Virus record (IMG/VR): IMGVR_UViG_3300020172_001601
Span: 1 to 64,000 of that record
DNA length: 64,000 nucleotides
Direction: 5' to 3' (one strand)
Shown here: positions 27,391 to 36,653 of the stretch, piece by piece
How positions within the stretch are numbered: the first letter of the stretch is position 1
Layout: each line of letters starts with the position of its first letter
The notes under the pieces: model-generated
The model's input: only the letters and a program-made list of their open reading frames with translations
Told to the model about the DNA's origin: nothing
Databases searched by the model: none
Translations under genes and position numbers: made by a program

Positions 27391-27858
27391 ATGCCTGATG
27401 AGATCATTTTAAGCTCGATGTCGGAGCCTGATTATGTCGTGGTTACACCAGACTTTAAGGCTAAGACCGCCAAAGAATTGCAACATTTTTTGGAAGTTGT
27501 CCCATCATTTGAGCGGACGTATATTATTGTGACGGCACACCATCGGGAGCGTGGTCGTAACTTTGTGAATAGAATAAGTTGCAAGAAAGGTTTGCCCATT
27601 GGCGGCTACACCTACGATTCGCAGACTGACAGCTATCATGTAGAGTGTTCTGACTATCTCCACTTAGGTTATGTTCCTATTTCTTTCACCACACGGGTCA
27701 AGGGATTGATTGGATGGGAAATGAGAGTGCCTATGCCCGAAAACGTGTTGAAGAAATATCTGTCTTCTTTACAAAAGAAAGAACTCAAGAATTTCAAAAA
27801 CCACTTCAAGGTCGAAGACTATGAAGTTCAGTTCATCCAGATGATTGACCCGAATTGA
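27391..27858 (+). CDS. Hypothetical protein
   Basis: GGAGGGAG RBS before ATG 27391. Confidence 0.7.
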   Translation: MPDEIILSSMSEPDYVVVTPDFKAKTAKELQHFLEVVPSFERTYIIVTAHHRERGRNFVNRISCKKGLPIGGYTYDSQTDSYHVECSDYLHLGYVPISFTTRVKGLIGWEMRVPMPENVLKKYLSSLQKKELKNFKNHFKVEDYEVQFIQMIDPN

Positions 27859-27866
27859 AATGAGCG

Positions 27867-28316
27867 ATGAATAAGGTACGCAGACGTTTCAAAGAAACGG
27901 TTAATCGAGATGATTACTGGATGGCGATGGCATTTATGCTGTCAGCCGGTTCCTCTTCTAATCGTCCACAAGGCTGCATAATCGTTGGCACGAACAATGA
28001 ACCACTGGCTATGGCCTGCGATGGCTCGCCCAGGTCCATGCAGGACAGCAGCCATGTGGTTCATGCCGAGATGAATGCAATATTCAATTGCAAAGGCCCC
28101 ATTCCTGGCGGCACAGCATATTTGACTCACACGCCCTGTTATCATTGCGCCCTGAGTTTAATCGGGGCAAATATCAAAAGAATAGTATATTTTCCCACCA
28201 AATCTATAGACCCAGACACTTTAGATGCTGTACGATGTGCATACGCTCAATCAGATGAGTTCAAGGGCAACCTGAACTGGATGAGGGACTATCTCAAGAC
28301 CCTCAACATATTTTGA
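27867..28316 (+). CDS. dCMP deaminase
   Basis: VVHAEMNAI and TPCYHCA zinc motifs. Confidence 0.88.
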   Translation: MNKVRRRFKETVNRDDYWMAMAFMLSAGSSSNRPQGCIIVGTNNEPLAMACDGSPRSMQDSSHVVHAEMNAIFNCKGPIPGGTAYLTHTPCYHCALSLIGANIKRIVYFPTKSIDPDTLDAVRCAYAQSDEFKGNLNWMRDYLKTLNIF

Positions 28317-28327
28317 TCGCCGAAACG

Positions 28328-28334
28328 ATAAATA
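28328..28334 (+). promoter_or_regulatory. Late-type promoter ATAAATA, 5 nt before ATG 28340
   Basis: ATAAATA-accgt-ATG. Confidence 0.6.
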
Positions 28335-28339
28335 ACCGT

Positions 28340-29125
28340 ATGACATGCACATCATCAGGAATCGGTTGCTCTCCTCAGCCACAGGGTTGCCCAGATCAGT
28401 TAGGCTGCGTTCCGGGCATTTGCCCGGACTTTACTCTTCGTAGACATGACACAAAGCCTGCATTCAAGGTGAAGATGGAGGATTGCGATGGTCCTATGGA
28501 CCTGACCGATCTGATATTGGAAGCTACGATGTGGGCCAAAGCCAAGCTCAAGAAGACGATCACGCCCAGCGACACATATTTTGCGTTAGCTGACAATATC
28601 GGCTTTAACCAAATAATGGTTGGCGATATAATTTTCATGGACCAAGCAAGACTTCCAGAAAAGATGCTGGTTATTGCTTTCGACGAAACCAACAGACTTA
28701 TTGAAGTCCAACGTGGGTATCACGGAACAAGTATTCAGACTTGGAAAAAAGGCACTCCGTTAAGAATTATGAAGTTTATCGGAGCAACAGCAGAAACGGA
28801 AATGTTGTACCAAGATATACTTGAAATGGATGGTACTACAACACCGAACGTCTTGATGGATAGTTTCTTCGTGTACGAATGGGGTCCGACAGATACCTGT
28901 CTTCCTGGTTGCTACTACTTAGAATTCAAACTTCTCAAATTACTCGATGTTGCCCCGATTATGCCGTTGGCAGACCCGATAGTGCCAAGTTTTACCGACC
29001 CAAGTTTGACGCCAGTGGATTTCGGCTGTGGTCTTGGGATCGGAGTTGAATGGGTTCGCCGCTTTCCGGTGGATAGCGAAGGATTCCTGATAAAGATCAC
29101 GGATTCACCAACAGCCGAAAACTAG
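28340..29125 (+). CDS. Putative virion structural protein (BppU-like N-terminal region, Cys-rich)
   Basis: FTLRRHDTKP...PMDLT...YEW...DT..PG.Y..EF...RFP pattern typical of baseplate upper-protein domains. Confidence 0.55.
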   Translation: MTCTSSGIGCSPQPQGCPDQLGCVPGICPDFTLRRHDTKPAFKVKMEDCDGPMDLTDLILEATMWAKAKLKKTITPSDTYFALADNIGFNQIMVGDIIFMDQARLPEKMLVIAFDETNRLIEVQRGYHGTSIQTWKKGTPLRIMKFIGATAETEMLYQDILEMDGTTTPNVLMDSFFVYEWGPTDTCLPGCYYLEFKLLKLLDVAPIMPLADPIVPSFTDPSLTPVDFGCGLGIGVEWVRRFPVDSEGFLIKITDSPTAEN

Positions 29126-29136
29126 GGAGAAGCCTA

Positions 29137-30768
29137 ATGCCATCAGTAGCCGAATTTTTGATCGAACGCCTGGAGAATGCCGGAGTTAAACATATCTTCG
29201 GTGTCCCAGGCGATTATGTTTTACAGTTTATTCAGCAGGTTTCTCAAACCGACAAGATTAAGTTCATCAATACGACTGACGAAAATCATGCCGGATTTGC
29301 AGCAGACGCATATGCGAGAATTCATGGCATTGGTTGCGTGTGTGCCACATATAACGTCGGAGCTTTGAAGCTCTGTAATTCAGTGGCCGGAGCATACGCT
29401 GAAAGATCGCCAGTATTGGTTATCAGTGGCTCGCCAGGACTGAAGGAAAGAAACGATGATTTTCTCCTTCATCATGTTGTCAAAGGGTTCGATAACCAGT
29501 TGAAAATATTCAATCATATAACCTGCCACAGTGTTATATTGGATGACGCCACGACAGCAGGTTGGAAAATCGACCAAGCTCTCGAAATGCTCAAGCACTA
29601 TAAGCAGCCGGTATATATCGAACTGCCTCGTGACGTAGCCGATCAGCCATTGAGATATGACGTATATCGTCAGGGGACTCCTGTGGAGCCGCCGAGCGAT
29701 GAAGAAAATCTCAAAGAAGCTCTGACTGAAATTTCCCAATGGATCAAAGATGCCAAGAATCCTGTCATTATGGCTGGAGTTCAGGTCGCTCGATTTGGAT
29801 TGGGCGGTGCGTTGGTTCGGTTTGCCGAGCGGCACAATATTCCAATGGTCACAACTTTATTGAGCAAATCAACAATCAATGAGCATCACCCATTGTTCGC
29901 CGGAGTATATTGTGGCAATCAAACGTCTGAGGAATCTCTACGAAAATTAGTGGACGATTCAGACTGCCTTCTGATATTCGGCGAAATGCTTACGGATATG
30001 ATGCTAGGGTTCCAATCCCCTAAATTTGCCAAGCGACAAACCGTATCTTGCTCTATTGAAGAGTTGAAGATTCGTAACCATTCTTATACGGACGTGCGGT
30101 TCTTGGATGTCTGCAATCATTTGTTCAAATCTGACTTGGGCAAGCGAGAGGCACCAAATATTCCTGTTCGTAAGAAGGCTGAATCATTTGTGCCTGTGGC
30201 TGACGCCAAGATCACCACAACTCGATTCTTTGAGAAGATCGACAGCATGTTGACCGACCAGATGGCGGTCGTGGCAGATATTGGCGAATGCTTATTTGGT
30301 GCTGCTGAACTCACTGTTTCACATCATCACTTTATCAGCCCCGCATTTTATTGTAGCATGGGTCCAGCCATCCCCGGAGCGTTGGGCTTGCAGATGGCGA
30401 AACCTCATTTGAGGCCAATTGTGCTGGTTGGTGACGGTGCATTCCAAATGTCTGTGACCGAACTGAGTACAATATTAGAACATAAATTGAACCCCATCGT
30501 ATTTGTCCTGAATAATCAGGGCTATACAACAGAAAGATTTCTGTTGGATGGAGACTTCAATAACATAAGAAATTGGGATTACCACAAAGTAACTGAAATG
30601 TTACGAGGCGGTCAGGGAGTTAAAGTAGAGACGGAAGACCAGCTTGAAGCTGCCATCGCTACTGCCTTGAAATGCACTACGTTGTTCGTAGTGAATGTCT
30701 CTGTTGATTCCAAAGACATAACTCCAGGTTTAAGGAGAATGGTTGAAAACCTTTCTAAGAGAGTCTAA
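29137..30768 (+). CDS. ThDP-dependent alpha-keto-acid decarboxylase (pyruvate/indolepyruvate decarboxylase family)
   Basis: FGVPGDY, E..AGFAADAYAR, LLHH, GDGAFQM...NNQGYTTER. Confidence 0.92.
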   Translation: MPSVAEFLIERLENAGVKHIFGVPGDYVLQFIQQVSQTDKIKFINTTDENHAGFAADAYARIHGIGCVCATYNVGALKLCNSVAGAYAERSPVLVISGSPGLKERNDDFLLHHVVKGFDNQLKIFNHITCHSVILDDATTAGWKIDQALEMLKHYKQPVYIELPRDVADQPLRYDVYRQGTPVEPPSDEENLKEALTEISQWIKDAKNPVIMAGVQVARFGLGGALVRFAERHNIPMVTTLLSKSTINEHHPLFAGVYCGNQTSEESLRKLVDDSDCLLIFGEMLTDMMLGFQSPKFAKRQTVSCSIEELKIRNHSYTDVRFLDVCNHLFKSDLGKREAPNIPVRKKAESFVPVADAKITTTRFFEKIDSMLTDQMAVVADIGECLFGAAELTVSHHHFISPAFYCSMGPAIPGALGLQMAKPHLRPIVLVGDGAFQMSVTELSTILEHKLNPIVFVLNNQGYTTERFLLDGDFNNIRNWDYHKVTEMLRGGQGVKVETEDQLEAAIATALKCTTLFVVNVSVDSKDITPGLRRMVENLSKRV

Positions 30769-31346
30769 TGATGAATAGCCCTAACTTCGGTAGGAAGTTC
30801 TATGGTGGTCGAGACGGTGGTAATCGTCGTAACGAAGATGAAAACCGTATCAATTGGCAGATTCGAGTCCCACAGGTTAGGGTCGTCAAAGATGAAGAAC
30901 AACTCGGCATAATGCCGACCGATGAGGCTCGCAGACTAGCTCAAGATGAGGGTCTGGACCTTGTTGAGATTGCTCCCCAGGCCCGTCCTCCGGTGTGCCG
31001 GATTATGGATTACGGACGGTTCAAATATGAGGAGAAGGCAAAGAAAAAGGAAAGCGCCAAGAAGCAGCGTGAGTCGCAAGTGCAATTGAAAGAATTGCGT
31101 TTGCGTCCCGGTATTGCCGAACACGACACCGATACCAAAATCAATCAGGCCAAAAAGTTCCTGGAAGAAGGTAGTCGTGTGCAGTTCACTTTGCAGTTTA
31201 GGGGACAACGAGAGATGTCTCATAAGGATCAAGGCTTTTCTGTCATGAAAAGAGTGACAGATGCTCTTGAACCCGTCTGCATCGTGGAGAAGGCACCCAA
31301 GCTAGAGGGAAACCGGATTATATGCTATTTAGCGCCCAAGGCTTAA
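30768..31346 (+). CDS. infC: Translation initiation factor IF-3
   Basis: RINWQIRVPQVRVV, GLDLVEIAPQARPPVCRIMDYGRFKYE, KELRLRPGIAEHD. Confidence 0.95.
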   Translation: MMNSPNFGRKFYGGRDGGNRRNEDENRINWQIRVPQVRVVKDEEQLGIMPTDEARRLAQDEGLDLVEIAPQARPPVCRIMDYGRFKYEEKAKKKESAKKQRESQVQLKELRLRPGIAEHDTDTKINQAKKFLEEGSRVQFTLQFRGQREMSHKDQGFSVMKRVTDALEPVCIVEKAPKLEGNRIICYLAPKA

Positions 31347-31357
31347 TGGAGCTTTAT

Positions 31358-32635
31358 ATGGCGAACGGGTTATCCGCTGAAAAAGTCCTGGAGCTACAAA
31401 ATGAATTCTTGCGGCGGCTGGCTCGTCATGAGCCACCGCCGAAGCATTGTGTTCCTTCATTGCTTTGTCGTGTCGTGGAATGCGATGATGCCCTCTTAGA
31501 GTTCACGCTCGGCAAGGTGGGCCAGAAGCTCCGTCTGTTCGCTCAAAATGTTGATTTCCAACACCCTGAGATTGTGTCCATATTTGATGGCGTCATTGCC
31601 AACGACCAGGACTTCGCTCAGGAGTGTATGGAGCTATTGGTCCTTGGGCAGTTTGCTAGAGATCACAATCTTCAAAGAATCATTCCAGCATTGGGTCGAG
31701 CATTAACTAAAGAATCGCTCACTCGGAATATCATTAAGAAGATTGACATTCCGGCCAATAATAGAATGCACGTTCGTCTCCTTAAAGACTGTAAGGAGAG
31801 AGAAGAAATACGCATGACCAAGCGTATGCAGACTATTGACCTTCAGTCCGTCTATAAAAAAGGCGAGGAAATCTGGAACGCCCAACCTGACAATTTTACT
31901 AAATTCCTACGCTTCGACACAGCGTATCAGGACGACCTCAAGGTGGCCGAGAAGAAGGCTCTGAGGTATGACGAACTTGGCTGCACATCGTTGGCTGCTG
32001 AAGTCCGCAAAAGCATTGAAGCATTCCGTGAGCATATGGAACAGTCCTATTACGGCTTCAATCGCATCACCATGACGAATGCGGCTGTCATCCTGGCGAA
32101 ATCATTAGGGTATACTTACACCCCTCCTCATGACGCCGGGGGTGCGTCCTACGGCACTTGGAGGACTGAAGGCAAAATCACCATCAACCGGAAGTTCTTC
32201 GGCAAATACAATTTCGATCCTGAGCAAACAATGGAGTTCTCTCCAATCGTTAGTTCTGTCGCTGGGTCGCCAATATTCACACAAAAAGTTCAAAGCCCAT
32301 ACAATTATGAACCTCGTGTATATCCTCTGCACGAATTCTCCGATATTGTAACCGATAATGTTCGCAAGACAGTATCGTTATTGGAGAAGTTCCCGGATGC
32401 GGGCGATAAGCCGATATTCGATCACTTTGGAGTGATCGTCCCTGGCGTAGCGTTCCCACTGGAAAAGCAAACGATGTATACGTTTTCGGACGAACGAGGT
32501 ATGGTGCAGTCTTATACGGCTCGTGAAGACGCACTGAAAACTCTGGATTCAATACTCATTAAAGGTGAGTATTTTCATCCCATCATTGTTGGTGAACGTG
32601 ATGGTAAGTGTTACTTCATTTGCTACTGGAACTAA
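31358..32635 (+). CDS. Hypothetical protein
   Basis: GGAG RBS before ATG 31358; about 425 aa. Confidence 0.75.
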   Translation: MANGLSAEKVLELQNEFLRRLARHEPPPKHCVPSLLCRVVECDDALLEFTLGKVGQKLRLFAQNVDFQHPEIVSIFDGVIANDQDFAQECMELLVLGQFARDHNLQRIIPALGRALTKESLTRNIIKKIDIPANNRMHVRLLKDCKEREEIRMTKRMQTIDLQSVYKKGEEIWNAQPDNFTKFLRFDTAYQDDLKVAEKKALRYDELGCTSLAAEVRKSIEAFREHMEQSYYGFNRITMTNAAVILAKSLGYTYTPPHDAGGASYGTWRTEGKITINRKFFGKYNFDPEQTMEFSPIVSSVAGSPIFTQKVQSPYNYEPRVYPLHEFSDIVTDNVRKTVSLLEKFPDAGDKPIFDHFGVIVPGVAFPLEKQTMYTFSDERGMVQSYTAREDALKTLDSILIKGEYFHPIIVGERDGKCYFICYWN

Positions 32636-32638
32636 ATT

Positions 32639-33010
32639 ATGGCTCTCAAACTGACTGACAAGGCCGTTGGCCAAATCAAAGAAATCATTGCATCTCAGAA
32701 TATGTCCTTGGACACCACCAATGTCCGAGTTGGCATCCGTGGAAAAAGCTGTTCTGGTCCCGTCTATGCTTTTGGGTTGGACGAAGAAACCGATCCTGAA
32801 CACGATGAATTGATCGTTCAGGATGGCGTCAAGATTGTCCACCACAAGCAGTTTGCCGACGACCTTAGTGGCGTCACTATTGACTTCAAAGAAGCTGATG
32901 ACAAGCGAGGATTTACTTTCAGTAATCCTCTTCAGGTTCTTGGTGGGTGCAGTAGCGGCGGGTGTGGAAGTGGTGGCGGCGGTTGTGGAAGTGGAGGATG
33001 CAGTGCGTAA
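32639..33010 (+). CDS. iscA: HesB/IscA-family Fe-S cluster carrier
   Basis: LKLTDKAV, RVGIRGKSCSG..Y, TIDF...GFTFSNP, C-terminal Cys/Gly tail. Confidence 0.85.
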   Translation: MALKLTDKAVGQIKEIIASQNMSLDTTNVRVGIRGKSCSGPVYAFGLDEETDPEHDELIVQDGVKIVHHKQFADDLSGVTIDFKEADDKRGFTFSNPLQVLGGCSSGGCGSGGGGCGSGGCSA

Positions 33011-33296
33011 TTTTTGGTTAGATCGCAAGAAGCCAGTCGATGCTGACACGACGCCTTTGTTGAAAGTCGGCGTTCGCCGACTCATGGTTTACATTGAGCG
33101 ACGAACTCATTACTTGTGGCAGGAAGATGCGTCTATGTACACATTTTCTTCCAAGGTCAAAGAGTTGTTAGACCAGCTACGTCGTCGTGGTGCTTTTTGT
33201 GATTACAACTTCATTTGTTCTGAAAAGACAATGGTGATCGGCATTCAGCCCAATGAAAGAGTTCCTTGGGTATATCTGGAACAGGAATTAGTATGA
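33003..33296 (+). CDS. Hypothetical protein
   Basis: GTG 33003 with GGAGG RBS; in frame with listed ORF 32823..33296. Confidence 0.6.
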   Translation: MRNFWLDRKKPVDADTTPLLKVGVRRLMVYIERRTHYLWQEDASMYTFSSKVKELLDQLRRRGAFCDYNFICSEKTMVIGIQPNERVPWVYLEQELV

Positions 33297-34780
33297 GTCA
33301 ATATGTTGGCATGAATTATATCGGCGGGTTTCTCCCATCCCGTGCCGATTTCGGCAGTTTCAATCCTGCCAATGAAGAACCCATCGGATATTTCCCTCAA
33401 TCGACTGATGCCGAAATTGATGAAGCCCTGGTCGCCGCTCAGAAGGCTTTTCCATCGTGGAAAGCTCTTAGCCGGGTCCAGAGGGCCGAATACTTCTGGC
33501 GTCTAGCGAAGCTGTTGGAAACCAAGGTGGATTATGTCGCTAAGGCCATCTCGCTTGAAACTGGCAAATCATTGAACGAGAGCAAAGCAGAAGTCATTGA
33601 GGCTTTGCATATGACTCAGTTCTGTTTTGGCAAGGGTCGTGAGCCGTCTGGCGACATTGTTGCTTCAGAGCTTCCAGAGCGGGACAGCTATGTGATCCGC
33701 AAGCCCAAGGGTGTTGTGGGCGTCATTGCTCCGTGGAACTTTCCATTCGCCATTGGTGGATTCTGGTGTTCTGGCCCATCTCTTCTGGAGGGCAACACCG
33801 TTGTCTTCAAGCCAAGCGAATTGACTCCAATGGTTGGACAGATCACAGCAGAACTCTTTCAAGACGCTGGCTTCCCACCGGGCGTCTTCAACTTATTACA
33901 CGGCGATGGCGACGTAGGTGCGAAGATCGTCAATGACGAACGAGTGGCACATATTGCTTTCACTGGCAGTGCTGAGGTTGGCCGATATATTCGCATTGCT
34001 TGTGCGAAGAGTTGGCACAAGACCTGTAGTTGTGAAATGGGCAGTAAGTCCGCAGTGATGGTCTTTGCCGATTGCGATTTCGATCTGGCAGTATCAGCCT
34101 GTGTTAACAGTGCGTTCAAGTTGAGTGGTCAGAGATGTGTATCGGCGGGCAGGCTGCTCGTTCAGCGATCAGTATTGGAAAAGTTCAAAGAACGGTTCTT
34201 GTATGAAGTCGGCACAGCGGTAGCCATTGATCCTTTTGATACGCCGCCCGGCGTTTGCTCTGTTGCGTTTGGTCCATTGATTAGCCAGGAGCAGATGAAT
34301 AGGGTTGCAGAGTTCAACGATCTCGTGCGATCAGACCCGGACGCCACAGTTTTATTTGACGGCGATAAAGATGGAAGGATGGATGGAAAGGGATATTTTT
34401 TGCGGCCATTCGTATATCAATCGGAATGGGCTGATAAGATGTATCTAAAACAAGAAGTATTTGGCCCGCATGTGGCAATTATTCCTTTCGATACCCTTGA
34501 AGATGCGATCAGAATATACAATGATACTGAGTACGGGTTGGCGTTGGGCGTTATTACCAACGACTTTCGTACTGCCAGAGAAGTAAGGAACCGATGTGAT
34601 TTCGGTTTAGGATATTGGAACGGCGGCAGCATTGCTGCCGAGAGCCATAATCCATTTGGTGGCGTGAAAAAGTCTGGTAATGGATGGCCTTCTGCTGCCG
34701 GTATGTTTGACGCAATCACGCACAAGGTAGCGTGGTCTGCGAATCACGGCGGGTTGAGCTTTCCACAAGGACTGAAGTAA
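33293..34780 (+). CDS. Aldehyde dehydrogenase
   Basis: IAPWNFP, KPSELTP, FTGS, EMGSKS, GQRC (catalytic Cys), QEVFGP, PFGGVKKSG. Confidence 0.95.
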   Translation: MSQYVGMNYIGGFLPSRADFGSFNPANEEPIGYFPQSTDAEIDEALVAAQKAFPSWKALSRVQRAEYFWRLAKLLETKVDYVAKAISLETGKSLNESKAEVIEALHMTQFCFGKGREPSGDIVASELPERDSYVIRKPKGVVGVIAPWNFPFAIGGFWCSGPSLLEGNTVVFKPSELTPMVGQITAELFQDAGFPPGVFNLLHGDGDVGAKIVNDERVAHIAFTGSAEVGRYIRIACAKSWHKTCSCEMGSKSAVMVFADCDFDLAVSACVNSAFKLSGQRCVSAGRLLVQRSVLEKFKERFLYEVGTAVAIDPFDTPPGVCSVAFGPLISQEQMNRVAEFNDLVRSDPDATVLFDGDKDGRMDGKGYFLRPFVYQSEWADKMYLKQEVFGPHVAIIPFDTLEDAIRIYNDTEYGLALGVITNDFRTAREVRNRCDFGLGYWNGGSIAAESHNPFGGVKKSGNGWPSAAGMFDAITHKVAWSANHGGLSFPQGLK

Positions 34781-35019
34781 TGATTGACATCAAGTATGGA
34801 ATTTTGGCGGTTGATTCTCGACAAGACGCAGAGGGCATGAATCCTATTCTTCATTTTTGTGGATATGAAGACCCGCCCAACGAAGATGATTTTGATGATT
34901 TGAGACATGAGTTATCTACAGACCAGGAGTTTGGCTTAACTGAAATGATGGATTATGTTGTTTTGGTTGAAGCGAGTTCTGAAGTTGTAGCCATGTATAG
35001 GGAAATGCTAAATGAATAA
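34780..35019 (+). CDS. Small acidic hypothetical protein
   Basis: TAATG-coupled start 34780. Confidence 0.65.
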   Translation: MIDIKYGILAVDSRQDAEGMNPILHFCGYEDPPNEDDFDDLRHELSTDQEFGLTEMMDYVVLVEASSEVVAMYREMLNE

Positions 35020-35860
35020 AATTGGAGTAGTCGGTGCCGGTATTGTGGGCAATGCCTTTTATGAAGGCATGAAGCACGCTTTCGATGTCATCAGATACGA
35101 CAGACGGCCAGAGTGTTCGGACGTAGACAGCCTACTCAAATTGGCCCACCGTCTCGACGGACCTGTTTTCGTGTGCGTTCCGACCCCGATGAACCCAGAC
35201 GGCAGTGCGAGTACGGCGATTGTCGAAAGTGTCCTAGCTGAGTTGGAGTATGCGTTTTCGTTGATGCCGGAGGCTAGTCGCATTGTAGTCATCAAGTCTA
35301 CCGTTCCACCGGGGACGTGCGACCGCTTGGGCGAGCAGTTCAAGTCCCTTCAGGTCGTATTTAATCCTGAGTTTTTGACTGAAGCCCAGCCAGTCGAAGA
35401 TTTCAAAAATCAGGATCGTATTATTGTGGGTGGTAAGTCAGAGGCTACACAGATTGTGGCCGACATTTACTCAGTTGCTTATCCTGGCGTTCCTCAATTC
35501 CAGTGTGACGCAACGACCGCAGAGATGGTCAAGTATGTCGGAAATTGCTTCTTAGCTACCAAAATTAGTTTTGCAAATGAAATTAGTCAAATTTGTGAAA
35601 AGTTAGGCGTGGCATATGATGGCGTAATCAATTTGGCAATGCTGGATAAACGCTTGGGACGATCTCATTGGAAGGTTCCAGGCCCAGATGGTCATTATGG
35701 ATTTGGGCTTACATGCTTTCCGAAGGACATTAACGCTCTGATTGCTGTCGCCATCGAATTGGGAGTTGACCCTAAGATTCTTCGAGCAGCTTGGGAGAAG
35801 AACTTAGAAGTTAGACCCGAAAAAGATTGGGAAAAGATGAAAGGCAGGGCTGTCTTATGA
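35012..35860 (+). CDS. UDP-glucose/GDP-mannose dehydrogenase family, short phage form
   Basis: GAGIVG, FVCVPTP, KSTVPPG, NPEFL, AEMVKY..N, GFGLTCFPKD; lacks the C-terminal UDP-binding domain. Confidence 0.9.
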   Translation: MNKIGVVGAGIVGNAFYEGMKHAFDVIRYDRRPECSDVDSLLKLAHRLDGPVFVCVPTPMNPDGSASTAIVESVLAELEYAFSLMPEASRIVVIKSTVPPGTCDRLGEQFKSLQVVFNPEFLTEAQPVEDFKNQDRIIVGGKSEATQIVADIYSVAYPGVPQFQCDATTAEMVKYVGNCFLATKISFANEISQICEKLGVAYDGVINLAMLDKRLGRSHWKVPGPDGHYGFGLTCFPKDINALIAVAIELGVDPKILRAAWEKNLEVRPEKDWEKMKGRAVL

Positions 35861-36267
35861 CGCACTATAAATTTAGTCAAGATGAATTGTTGGCATTTGC
35901 CAAGAAGATTTACGAGGAAGCCTGTTATGGATACATGGACCTCAAAGAATCGGTTTGTGATGTATTGGTTCGTGAATTTATTGATGGAAGACAAATAGTT
36001 TCACCAATTGACACTAACATAATGGCAGTGCCAGAAAATGTTGTTAGTGGCTATATGGGTCACGGCAATGCTTATACTGGTAGTGTTGTATCGTTTACGA
36101 CTACTAACACGGCGATGATCCCAGGCAATTTGAGCATGGGAAGCATCAGTGTAAACGACATACCCGCAAGTGGGCCAACTTGGGAAGTCAATGCTCCTCA
36201 AGTTCGCACAGAAGAGTATGTTCGACCAGAACAAAATTTCCACGGCAACGAATCCGAAAGGTTTTAA
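35857..36267 (+). CDS. Hypothetical protein
   Basis: ATGA-coupled start 35857. Confidence 0.65.
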   Translation: MTHYKFSQDELLAFAKKIYEEACYGYMDLKESVCDVLVREFIDGRQIVSPIDTNIMAVPENVVSGYMGHGNAYTGSVVSFTTTNTAMIPGNLSMGSISVNDIPASGPTWEVNAPQVRTEEYVRPEQNFHGNESERF

Positions 36268-36269
36268 CA

Positions 36270-36653
36270 ATGGCAAAGAGCAAGATTTTAGCCCCGTCAG
36301 GGCTTTCGATTTCCAGCACCACACCGATTATCGGTCAGCAGACTTTCACTCCTGTTCCAGAGATCACAGGCGTTAAGCCATGTGGTGCGCAGGTGTTGAT
36401 CGAGATGTTGACAGCACAGGAATTGGCAAATACGCCGATTACCATTTCCGAAAAGACGGACCTCAAGGTTCCGCTTCAGGGATATGTTCGAGCAGCAGGC
36501 CCATCCTTCAAGAGTGAGGATTGGGGTTTCAAGGTTGGCGACCGAGTGTTGATTTCAGGTGGTGGCGTTATTGCTCCCAACTATGATGATTCTCACCGTG
36601 ATCGCTTCTTCATGGAAGCACACGCTGTTAAGTGCGTGCTGAATGAGGAATGA
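36270..36653 (+). CDS. GroES-like co-chaperonin
   Basis: VKPCGAQVLIE...GYVRAAGP...FKVGDRVLIS; adjacent to dnaJ. Confidence 0.75.
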   Translation: MAKSKILAPSGLSISSTTPIIGQQTFTPVPEITGVKPCGAQVLIEMLTAQELANTPITISEKTDLKVPLQGYVRAAGPSFKSEDWGFKVGDRVLISGGGVIAPNYDDSHRDRFFMEAHAVKCVLNEE

